A stretch of 64,000 bases of DNA from an uncultured Bacilli bacterium (lineage in GTDB: Bacteria > Bacillota_I > Bacilli_A > RF39 > UBA660). Both the position numbers and the translations under genes were made by a program. The notes beneath the pieces were generated by a model that was not told the DNA's origin, did not search any database, and worked only from the letters and a program-made list of their open reading frames with translations. Below, piece after piece: positions 48,242-57,671 of this stretch. The stretch spans positions 16,780-80,779 of the forward strand of contig CAKOYD010000004.1 in the NCBI GenBank assembly GCA_934130545.1, written 5' to 3'. Position 1 is the stretch's first letter. Each line of letters begins with the position of its first letter.

Positions 48242-49951
48242 CTATCTTTTTGAACGTCCATTTTCAAAATCTTTTAATTCATCTTCTGTTATAACACCAT
48301 TTTGTTGAAGAGCATTTAGTGTTTCATGTGACAATTGTGGTTTTATTGATAAATCTCTACTAACATATAACGCTAGTTCTGCTTGTTCGGTAGGAGTAAA
48401 TTTCCTAATAAAGTTTTCATTTGCCACTTCTTCAACTATTGAAGAAAATAATGCTTCATTTTTTATATCATTAAATGAACTTTTACCGCCTGAATGCTTT
48501 ATATCACCCTGCTCCATATTATAACTAACTCCACCACCAGAACTACCTAAACCATCTGAACTATTAAACAAGTTTCTATATATTTGTAATGTTTGTAGTA
48601 ATTCGTTATCCTTACCAACACGAATAGTTTCAGCTTTACCGGTCTTAACAGAATATACATAATTACTACCATTATCATCCGGATAAATACCTCTAAATAT
48701 ATAATCTCTTTTTTGCTTCCTAGCATTTAACAAATCATACAAGATTGTTCTAGAACTCCTAGAAGTGTTAAGATCACCTTTATAATCGGTTGTAGATATT
48801 GAAACATATCCTCCTGGTCTTTTAGAATCATTTAAATACCTATCAGGAGCAATTTGTGCTAAGCAAAAACAAGTTTTAAAGAAATCCCCTCTCATAAAAG
48901 AAGAAGTTTTTAATACAACTCTCTCCCAATTGATGATCTCATACTTCTTACCATCTATTTCATATAAGCCATTACTATCAAGAATTACTTTTTCATTATT
49001 ATAAATAGCAAGTAATACATCTAAAGCTGAAGAAGTATGAGTAAGACTAGAACCAGTCATTATATTTAAAACATTAAGTGCTTCATCACCTAATTCACTT
49101 CCTTTAGGAAATCCAAGTAAATGTGGAATATTAAAATCATTAAGTTGAAAAGTAAAATTAAAAGTTGAGCCATCAGCCAATTTTACAGAATTTTCAACAT
49201 TATTTCTCCTTGAAGTATATATTGTTCTATAAGTTTCAATACATAAATTTAAATTTTCAAACAAAATAGTCATAACTTTCTTCATTGCATCATTACTAGA
49301 AGATATAACTTTATTCCCCATAGGAAAATCATTTATATTAATTTCTGATTTTTCTTTTGATCCTGTAATCTTCTTACCACCACTAGTATAAATCTCAGTA
49401 TCAGACGATTTTTTATATGTGAATTTTCCATTCTTTTGAGACAATACTTCATTATAATATTTTGATCGAGAATCAGCCTCAACTATAATATTTCTACCCA
49501 TAGCAGCCTCAATTAAATTAACTAATGCCACATCATCAAAACAAAATCTTTTATTTAATCTATCCGCCAAATATTTAACTTGTGCATATACATCACATTT
49601 AAATTGTTGCGGATATCCCTTAGATTTTAAAAAACTTTCAAGTTTCAAAGAAATACTTTCTTGATTATAATTATTTAAAACAAAATCTATCGATTTACCA
49701 TATTCTCTACCTGCAAATTCATTAATAACACTAATAACAATATTAGTATATAGTTCAATTGCTTCTTTATATAACTGAAGAATATCTCGTAATATAACAT
49801 TATCATCTTCATAATCTTTTTTATATGACTGAAACTTCATATTAATCTCATTAAAGTTTGAAATTAAAAGTCTAGCTATATCAACTCTAGATACATTAGA
49901 AGAACCATATATATCCTTTAGTATATCTTTTTTATTATCCATATCTATCAC
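48242..49951 (-). CDS. large hypothetical protein (569 aa)
   Basis: Long ORF convergent with lysR (stops 2 nt apart). Gly/Ser-rich segment SSGGGVSYNMEQGD; no assignable domain. Confidence 0.4.
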   Translation of the reverse strand: MIDMDNKKDILKDIYGSSNVSRVDIARLLISNFNEINMKFQSYKKDYEDDNVILRDILQLYKEAIELYTNIVISVINEFAGREYGKSIDFVLNNYNQESISLKLESFLKSKGYPQQFKCDVYAQVKYLADRLNKRFCFDDVALVNLIEAAMGRNIIVEADSRSKYYNEVLSQKNGKFTYKKSSDTEIYTSGGKKITGSKEKSEININDFPMGNKVISSSNDAMKKVMTILFENLNLCIETYRTIYTSRRNNVENSVKLADGSTFNFTFQLNDFNIPHLLGFPKGSELGDEALNVLNIMTGSSLTHTSSALDVLLAIYNNEKVILDSNGLYEIDGKKYEIINWERVVLKTSSFMRGDFFKTCFCLAQIAPDRYLNDSKRPGGYVSISTTDYKGDLNTSRSSRTILYDLLNARKQKRDYIFRGIYPDDNGSNYVYSVKTGKAETIRVGKDNELLQTLQIYRNLFNSSDGLGSSGGGVSYNMEQGDIKHSGGKSSFNDIKNEALFSSIVEEVANENFIRKFTPTEQAELALYVSRDLSIKPQLSHETLNALQQNGVITEDELKDFENGRSKR

Positions 49952-49984
49952 CTTCTATTAAATAAATTATAACAAAAAAAAGTA

Positions 49985-51790
49985 TTACTTTAAATACTTT
50001 TTTAATATATTATGTAATTTATTACTATCCATAGGTTTCATTATATAATCTAAATTATAAGTCTTATATTTACTCTCAAGCTCATTACCATTAGTTAACA
50101 TAACTACTACATTAGGACTATATCCTGCCATTCTCTTAATCTTATTACTAATATCAGGATTACCTATAAGATTAGCATCTAACCAATAAAACTCTGAACT
50201 ATCAGGCATCATATCGTCTAGTAAAATCATATCATAATGATTATCACCATATAACAAATTAGTAAACTCTATATAATCATAAGCTACTGTTATATTAATA
50301 TGATAAGGCTCTAATAAAAGTATTAAATTATTTATCTTATCTTTATTATCATCTACTAATAGAATATTCTTACTAGATAAGTCAAAATACTCCACTTTTC
50401 TATTTCTTTTAGATATCTCTACTTCTTGATAATTTTTCTCTATTCTTTGATTAATTGTTAAACAAAACTCTAACTTACCATCAACATTATTAATAGTAAA
50501 CTTTATTTTTTGTAATTCTACTAACTTCTTTAAAACATTATACTCTAACCCACTTAATACTTTATCATAATCTTCTATCTTATCTAAACCTTTTGTATTG
50601 TCTATAATCATCGTAAACTTCATTCTAGATACTACGCCAAGTTCATATACATCAAGTTTTAATAAAATATCTTTAACTTCAAAGTTAGCCATAATAGTAC
50701 TATATAAACTAATTAAAGTCTCTTTAATCTTTTCATCATCCCCGCTTAAAACAGGATGAATATTATTATCAAAGTCATAAGTAAATTTAACTTTATCATT
50801 AATAGATTTAATATCAAATAACTCTCTAATTTCCCCAAATAATTCTTTAGTATCATACTTATATTTCTTTAATGGATACTTACCACTTTCTATCTTAGAT
50901 AACTCTATACTACTCTTAATCTCATTAACAAGATTAACTGAATATTTCTGTATTTCTTCTTTATCTTTAATAAATTCTTCATCACTATTATAATGTTTAT
51001 TACCAAATTGTAATAACTTAGTAAGTGAAGCATCAATACTAGATGATAAATTATTCATACTATTAACTGTTGCATCTTTTTCTCTTTCTAATAAATCATT
51101 AGTAGTAGTTAATTCTTTAATTAATTTAACATCCGGATTCTCAATCGTAAAATACATAAGAAATATTACCAAAGTCTCAATAGGTGTTGTCAATAGCATA
51201 TATGGATACTTCATCTGTATTGCTCCACCAATTCCTGCTAAAATAAGAAATATAAAAATAGGTAAATATTGTTTCATACTAATATTTTTAATTTTCCATA
51301 CAATAACAATAAGCCAAATACTCATTACTATAATTAATACAGCCTGTAAAAATCTAACTGAAACCCCATAAGAATAAACATAAGTACCGTCATTATAGTA
51401 TTCCATAGGTAAAAATATTTCTATAGCTGATAATACAAAGAATAATACTATGCATACACACTTTACAGTATAGAAAAACTTACTATTTTCTAAATCACTA
51501 TTCTTCTCATTAAAAGCAACTACAAAAACATAGTAAGTATATATCATTAAAAATAATAAATAATAAATAAGTAATGCCTTTGTAACTACCACATTAATAA
51601 TAGGAATCTTATCCATATGCATAACAGTATAAAAACATCCTAATTCAATTAGTAATCCAAAGACATTAGATACTAATAAGCACTTAAATATTCTATTCTC
51701 TAAATTAGAAATATGCTCTTTCATAAAATAAAATATATTTAAAAGTACAACATAAACAAGACTTGTAATTTGAAGTAATATTAAACTCAT
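49985..51790 (-). CDS. polytopic membrane sensor protein with degenerate kinase core and C-terminal receiver (REC) domain
   Basis: ~6-7 N-terminal TM helices. Central region lacks an obvious H-box. C-terminal ILLVDDNKDKI...DMILLDDMMPD is a REC pattern. Confidence 0.55.
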   Translation of the reverse strand: MSLILLQITSLVYVVLLNIFYFMKEHISNLENRIFKCLLVSNVFGLLIELGCFYTVMHMDKIPIINVVVTKALLIYYLLFLMIYTYYVFVVAFNEKNSDLENSKFFYTVKCVCIVLFFVLSAIEIFLPMEYYNDGTYVYSYGVSVRFLQAVLIIVMSIWLIVIVWKIKNISMKQYLPIFIFLILAGIGGAIQMKYPYMLLTTPIETLVIFLMYFTIENPDVKLIKELTTTNDLLEREKDATVNSMNNLSSSIDASLTKLLQFGNKHYNSDEEFIKDKEEIQKYSVNLVNEIKSSIELSKIESGKYPLKKYKYDTKELFGEIRELFDIKSINDKVKFTYDFDNNIHPVLSGDDEKIKETLISLYSTIMANFEVKDILLKLDVYELGVVSRMKFTMIIDNTKGLDKIEDYDKVLSGLEYNVLKKLVELQKIKFTINNVDGKLEFCLTINQRIEKNYQEVEISKRNRKVEYFDLSSKNILLVDDNKDKINNLILLLEPYHINITVAYDYIEFTNLLYGDNHYDMILLDDMMPDSSEFYWLDANLIGNPDISNKIKRMAGYSPNVVVMLTNGNELESKYKTYNLDYIMKPMDSNKLHNILKKYLK

Positions 51791-51828
51791 TTCCTAGCAC
51801 CTCTTACATTACAAGTATATCATATATT

Positions 51829-53640
51829 TTATTTTTGGAAAAGTCTTTTTTTCTTTTTTGTATTATTAACAGCATTATTGTTCTGATACATTTTTTCAAG
51901 TTCAATAAGGTTAGGCTTTTTACTAGCATTAAGTGGCATTTCATCAATAAATACTACATCACTAGGTACCATATATTCAGGAACACTAACCATGCAGTTA
52001 TCAATAATTTGACGTTTTAAATCTTCATCAGCTACAACACCATCTTTAACAACAACATAAGCAACAGCTGTATTTTCTACTTTAGCATCAGGTACAGTAA
52101 TTACTTCACAATTTTTAACAAAATCAAGTGTAGCAATACTTCTCTTAGTTCTTTCAGGAATTAACTTTGTCGGATTACCTTTAGCATCAAATGTTAATAC
52201 CATTCTTCTAAGTCTACCATCTAAGAAAATCTCTCCTTGTTCATTATAATGAAGTATATCTTCACTATTATACCAAACAACACCATTCTCATCTTTAACT
52301 AAATTATGATTAGTAGCTTCTTCATCATTATGATAACCATTCATTCTAGCAGCTGAATACATATAACCAACACCAGGTTCATTAGGTCCTAATTCTTTAC
52401 CAGTTTCAACATCTAATACTTTAAGAATATTACCAACACATGGTTTACCCATACTACCTAAACTAGCTCCATTATAATAACAATATGCAAATGACCCAAT
52501 TAACTCATTAGCGCCATATCCTTGAACTACCTCTGCTGTTCCACCATTTCTTCTAATATACTCATCAGCACCTAACTTAACACTATCTTTAAGTTCAGCA
52601 CCACCAGTAACTATAATCTTCCATCTAGAACAATCCATCTTCTTATTCATCTCTGTCATCTTTTGAATATATGGTGGAATAGTTAACCAATGATTAAATC
52701 TATAAAAGCTATTTCTATTAACAATAGTCTTAGGATTAAATAATGGATCTAAAGCAAGTGCTACACCTAAACTTAATGGTTCATGTATCATATTAATTAA
52801 TGAATAATATAACCATGTTGGGAATGTTGAAAACATAACATCATCAGGTTCAAATCTATTAAGCTCTGTCATACCCATTATTTGTACCATTGCGTCCAAT
52901 CTATCCCAAGAAGCCTTAACAGCCTTACAATTTCCTGTTGAACCACTAGTATATGCCACTGCGGCAATATGATTAGTATTATATTTAGCTTCTTCCACTT
53001 CTTTAGTACTATTTCTACCAAGATCTATTACCTCATCAAAACAAAAAACATTCTCTCCATCATATAACTTCTTATTACAACCCTTTAATTTTTCAATTAA
53101 CCCATATTTAGCTTTAGACATTGTACAAGCATTAAAACCTCTAGGTATACTATCTATTAAAGAAGTAGTAATAACCTTCTCTACCCCAATTTCTTTTAAA
53201 GCATCTTGCATATCTTTAGAATAAAATATATCATTAGCTACAAAAAACTTTGAATTAAAATTAGATAATTCTCTCTTAACTTCTGAAGGATTACTAGCCG
53301 CATTAACTAAATGCATAGTAGCGCCTATTTTATCTAAAGCATAAACAGCCGCAATAGCATAAGGAGTACCTAATAAACTCATGGTAACTACATCATCATA
53401 CTTAACACCTAATTCACTAAATCCTTTAGCCATATTATCTATTAAAGTTAAAAACTCTCTAAAAGTATATTCTCTACCAAAGTATAATATTGCTTTAGCA
53501 TCTGGTTTAGATAGTGCTACATCTTTAAATCTTTCATACATTGTCTTATGTTCTAAGATTTTCTCCATCTCTCCAGCATTCTTAATTTGCATTACTCTTT
53601 CTTTTAAATTAACAAAATATTCTTTACTAAATTTTTCCAT
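51829..53640 (-). CDS. AMP-dependent synthetase/ligase (acyl-CoA synthetase-like)
   Basis: AMP-binding motif YTSGSTGNCKAV; C-terminal P-loop-containing region. Confidence 0.8.
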   Translation of the reverse strand: MEKFSKEYFVNLKERVMQIKNAGEMEKILEHKTMYERFKDVALSKPDAKAILYFGREYTFREFLTLIDNMAKGFSELGVKYDDVVTMSLLGTPYAIAAVYALDKIGATMHLVNAASNPSEVKRELSNFNSKFFVANDIFYSKDMQDALKEIGVEKVITTSLIDSIPRGFNACTMSKAKYGLIEKLKGCNKKLYDGENVFCFDEVIDLGRNSTKEVEEAKYNTNHIAAVAYTSGSTGNCKAVKASWDRLDAMVQIMGMTELNRFEPDDVMFSTFPTWLYYSLINMIHEPLSLGVALALDPLFNPKTIVNRNSFYRFNHWLTIPPYIQKMTEMNKKMDCSRWKIIVTGGAELKDSVKLGADEYIRRNGGTAEVVQGYGANELIGSFAYCYYNGASLGSMGKPCVGNILKVLDVETGKELGPNEPGVGYMYSAARMNGYHNDEEATNHNLVKDENGVVWYNSEDILHYNEQGEIFLDGRLRRMVLTFDAKGNPTKLIPERTKRSIATLDFVKNCEVITVPDAKVENTAVAYVVVKDGVVADEDLKRQIIDNCMVSVPEYMVPSDVVFIDEMPLNASKKPNLIELEKMYQNNNAVNNTKKKKRLFQK

Positions 53641-53747
53641 TCTATAACTTCATCCCTTCCATATACCTAAAAAATAGGTAATTTTCACTTCTTGGCAAGT
53701 ATTTTACCACAAAATTTTAAAAAATGATATACCATTCATCCCACTTT

Positions 53748-54257
53748 TTACTTTTTTTCATTATCTATGCACTCTAAAATAGTTTTTTCATTCTTTAATA
53801 TTTCGTCCATCTTTCGATGTAATTCTTCCAAAATTAACTCGTTCTTAAGTGTTGTCTTATACTCATTATTACTCTTAATCTTCTCTTTTTTAGCTTCTCT
53901 ATTCTGACTCATCATAATTATTGGTGCTTGAATAGCAGATATACAAGATAAAACTAAATTAAGTAAAATAAATGGATATGGATCAACTGCTTGCATAGCT
54001 ATTACATTTAATACTATCCAAAATATTAAAAACAAAACAAATATTATTATAAATGTCCATGATCCTGCTACCTCAGCTAACTTATCAGATACTTTCTCTC
54101 CAATTGTCCTATTCTCTTCCTTATCAACATTAATAGCAATAGGTTCATTTATCAACATATCAAATAATTCATCAAAATTATCCATTGTATCATTATCTGT
54201 CTTATTTAAAATCATCTTAACTAATTTCTCTTTATTCATCTTTCCCATCTTTACCAC
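53748..54257 (-). CDS. DUF1003-family membrane protein
   Basis: Two TM helices then PIIMMSQNREAKKEKIKSNNEYK...ELHRKMDEI, typical of DUF1003. Confidence 0.55.
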   Translation of the reverse strand: MVKMGKMNKEKLVKMILNKTDNDTMDNFDELFDMLINEPIAINVDKEENRTIGEKVSDKLAEVAGSWTFIIIFVLFLIFWIVLNVIAMQAVDPYPFILLNLVLSCISAIQAPIIMMSQNREAKKEKIKSNNEYKTTLKNELILEELHRKMDEILKNEKTILECIDNEKK

Positions 54258-54322
54258 GACCTTACTACTTAATTATAACATAAATCCTAGTTAACAATAA
54301 ACATTAACTAGGATATTTTTAC

Positions 54323-55600
54323 TTATTTTTTCTTATCAATAACTATAACACTCTTATTAGAAAAATCAATATTCTTAATAACCTTATTAACTTCTTCTAA
54401 ACTAATAGAATTTATCACACCAATAATATTATCTTCAATATGATTATCAAATATAATATTATCTACTATCATTTCATTAACCATCTCAATATTCTCATAA
54501 CTAAATATTTCATTACTAATTAATACTTTTTTCTTTCTCTTTAAGTCCTCTTCAGTAATATGAATATTACTTATTTCTTTATCAATCTCTCTAATTAATT
54601 CTTCATACTTCTCTGATTCTCCAATTAAAGAAATAATGAAATGCGTATCACAATTTAATAAATTATATCCAAGTGTATTAGCTATAATACCTTTCTTCTT
54701 TAACCTACTATCAAATATCGAAGTATCAGAAAATATAATATTAAATATCAAGAATAATATAACATTAAGTTTTCTAGTTTCCATATCAAAATCTTCAACA
54801 TTAATTTTAATATTATAAGCTAACTTTGGTATATCCGTATTTATCTTTATAACTTCATACTTCTTAACAACACTATCTTTTTCAAAGACTTCCGGTCTCT
54901 TAACAGCATCCCTCTTGTCATATTCTTTACTATCCATCTTCTTCTTAATAACTTCTAAAACTTTATCTTTATCAAAAGAACCGGTAATAACTAAAAACAT
55001 ATTACTAGGATGATAAAAAGTATTATAACAAGTCTCTAAGTCTTCCTTAGTAATACTATTAACTTCTTTCTTTGTGCCGATAATTGACTCTTTAAAAGAA
55101 TTACTATGTAAGGTATTCTCTCTAATCTTATCATATAGAATATCCATTGGTCTATCATCACACATATTTATCTCTTGAGTAATTATCCCCTTTTCTGACT
55201 CGACATTCTCCTCAGTTAAATTAATACTACCAACAAAATCTAATAAATATTCGATATTCTCTTCTAAATTATCCGGTCCTGAAAATAAATATGTTGTATT
55301 TTTAAAAGTTGTATAGGCATTAGTAAGTGCCCCACTTTTGGCATAAAACTCTTCCGGTTGAGGATCTTTCTCTTGAACAAATACTTTATGTTCCAAAAAG
55401 TGTGCTATTCCATTAGGAAACTTCTTCATCTTATTACTATTATATGGAACAAATTCATTATATACTGAACCATATCTTGTTGTATATGTTACATAATTAT
55501 TATGAAAATTATCTTTAGTATATAAATATACATCTAACCCATTTTTTAACTTTTCATAATATATTACTTCATCAATCTTCTTAATTCTAATCTCCTTCAT
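54323..55600 (-). CDS. M16-family zinc peptidase (insulinase-like), active subunit
   Basis: Inverted zinc motif HFLEH...E. Start placed at MKEIRIKK to avoid overlap with the upstream paralog. Confidence 0.8.
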   Translation of the reverse strand: MKEIRIKKIDEVIYYEKLKNGLDVYLYTKDNFHNNYVTYTTRYGSVYNEFVPYNSNKMKKFPNGIAHFLEHKVFVQEKDPQPEEFYAKSGALTNAYTTFKNTTYLFSGPDNLEENIEYLLDFVGSINLTEENVESEKGIITQEINMCDDRPMDILYDKIRENTLHSNSFKESIIGTKKEVNSITKEDLETCYNTFYHPSNMFLVITGSFDKDKVLEVIKKKMDSKEYDKRDAVKRPEVFEKDSVVKKYEVIKINTDIPKLAYNIKINVEDFDMETRKLNVILFLIFNIIFSDTSIFDSRLKKKGIIANTLGYNLLNCDTHFIISLIGESEKYEELIREIDKEISNIHITEEDLKRKKKVLISNEIFSYENIEMVNEMIVDNIIFDNHIEDNIIGVINSISLEEVNKVIKNIDFSNKSVIVIDKKK

Positions 55601-56852
55601 GGTGTCCCTCCAATACATATACTGCATTTGGTTTTACTTTCTTAGATAAAGAAATAATATCATCTCTTGTTATCTTTTCAATATTTCTTATTCTTACATC
55701 AGCATCCTCTGAATTAACTAACACTTTTGCCAAATAATTATTAATAATACCAACTGGATAATCAAAACTTGTTGTTATACCACTAATAATGGCCTTTTTA
55801 GAAGCCTCTAGTAATTCATCATTAAACTTTCCTTTACTAATATCTACTAAACTCTTTCTTACAAGTTTTAAAACAGCCTCATCATTACCTGGTTCAACAC
55901 CAGCATAGATAAATAATATATTATCATAAGCCTTGTGTGAAGAATTAACATAATAAGCATAAGAATTCTTACCTCTTACTGTATCAAACAATATTGAATT
56001 AGAAGAACCACCTAACATCTCATTATAAACAAGTAAAACATACTTTCTCTCAAAATCAGTTAACCCATTTAATGAACATAACATAGTAAATTGACTCTGA
56101 TTAGCATCCTCTATATCTTTGTATTTCTTTATTCTTTTAGCAGGTTCTAGTTCTTTAACTAAAATATCAACTCTCTTAGGATGAAACATATAAGCCTTAA
56201 AATTATCTTTAAAAATATTCTTTATTTTATCTCCATCTACATCTCCTACTACAAAAATATCAATAATACTATTATTAATAATATCTTTATAATAAGTATA
56301 TAAATTCTCACTATCTATCTCATCAAGTTCTTCAATATATCCATAAGGATTATATGAATAAGGTTTATCAGGATACTTAGAAAATAAATTAAATAAAGCA
56401 TACTTTAACTTATTATCTTTTATACTATGAATATTCTTAGCCAACTTATTCTTACTCTTTTTTAAATCTTCATCATTAAACTTACCATTCTTAACATTAG
56501 GATTAAAAATAACATCTAATAAAAACTTTATTGATTCTTCATTCATCTTATTTTCTGTATATATCTCATTTAAAAACCTTGTTCTAAAAGATAAAACATT
56601 ATCATTACCTATCCTAATATTAGATGAAGATAATTTTAAATCATAAAGATTCTCTGTCTCTTTAACTAACTCTATTTCAGATGGATAATTATATGAAGAA
56701 GAAAGTAACATATCTTTTAATATATTAGTCTTTGTAATACTTTTAGCATTAACACTATATCTAAAATCCACCTCAACAGTAATTGTCTTAAACTTATTAG
56801 TATTAATAATATGTAAGTTATATGCATTCATATCATAATTTGTATATTTCAT
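55587..56852 (-). CDS. M16-family peptidase-like protein (likely non-catalytic partner)
   Basis: M16 fold-like length and arrangement; lacks HxxEH. Start tentatively at MKYTNYDM. Confidence 0.65.
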   Translation of the reverse strand: MKYTNYDMNAYNLHIINTNKFKTITVEVDFRYSVNAKSITKTNILKDMLLSSSYNYPSEIELVKETENLYDLKLSSSNIRIGNDNVLSFRTRFLNEIYTENKMNEESIKFLLDVIFNPNVKNGKFNDEDLKKSKNKLAKNIHSIKDNKLKYALFNLFSKYPDKPYSYNPYGYIEELDEIDSENLYTYYKDIINNSIIDIFVVGDVDGDKIKNIFKDNFKAYMFHPKRVDILVKELEPAKRIKKYKDIEDANQSQFTMLCSLNGLTDFERKYVLLVYNEMLGGSSNSILFDTVRGKNSYAYYVNSSHKAYDNILFIYAGVEPGNDEAVLKLVRKSLVDISKGKFNDELLEASKKAIISGITTSFDYPVGIINNYLAKVLVNSEDADVRIRNIEKITRDDIISLSKKVKPNAVYVLEGHHEGD

Positions 56853-56884
56853 ATCTTCCTCCCAGTTATTATTGTGGCTATTTT

Positions 56885-57604
56885 TTATAATTTTAAACAA
56901 CTTTCTAAGGATAAGATAATCATATTATTAAGATTCTTCTCTCTCTCTTCACTATTCATCTTATCAGTAAAGCAAAAAGAATCAGATACTGTAAGAAGTG
57001 CTGTTACATTCTTACCTAATACTCTAGCATTATTAAATAAACTAAAAGTCTCCATCTCTACACCTAAAACATTATGTTCTCTAACCTTTTGTTTATAATC
57101 ATTATTTTTTTCATAAAAAACATCAGATGAATAAATTCTACCCTCAACTAATTTCATATTAATATCATGACTAGTCTTAGTAATAACATCATTTAAATAA
57201 TTAGAAGAAGCAATAACACTATCTTTATAATCATCTAAAATACGTCCATACATTGAATCACTATAAGATTCTTTAACTAAAATAACATCTCCTAACTTTA
57301 AATCAGGATTATAAGCTCCACAAGAGCCTATTCTAATAATATAATCTACATCATACTCATTTAATAATTCATAAGAATATATTCCCATACTTGGATTCCC
57401 CATTCCTGATGGAAATACAGTTACTCTTTTATTTTTATAATAACCAGTATATGCTGTCATTCCTCTAACACTATTAACTAACTTAACATCAGTTAAAAAC
57501 TTATCTGCTATATATTGTGCCCTTTTAGGATCCCCTGGCATTAAAACAATATTAGCTATATCTTCTTTCTTACTTTCAATATGCACTGTTGCCATATTTA
57601 TCAC
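56885..57604 (-). CDS. deoD: purine nucleoside phosphorylase DeoD-type
   Basis: MATVHIESKKEDIANIVLMPGDPKRAQYIA...SCGAY is the PNP/UDP family signature. Confidence 0.85.
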   Translation of the reverse strand: MINMATVHIESKKEDIANIVLMPGDPKRAQYIADKFLTDVKLVNSVRGMTAYTGYYKNKRVTVFPSGMGNPSMGIYSYELLNEYDVDYIIRIGSCGAYNPDLKLGDVILVKESYSDSMYGRILDDYKDSVIASSNYLNDVITKTSHDINMKLVEGRIYSSDVFYEKNNDYKQKVREHNVLGVEMETFSLFNNARVLGKNVTALLTVSDSFCFTDKMNSEEREKNLNNMIILSLESCLKL

Positions 57605-57671
57605 TACCTTTCATTAAAATTATACTATACTTTATTATTAAAATAAAGAAAAAGAAGCATAGTATACACTA

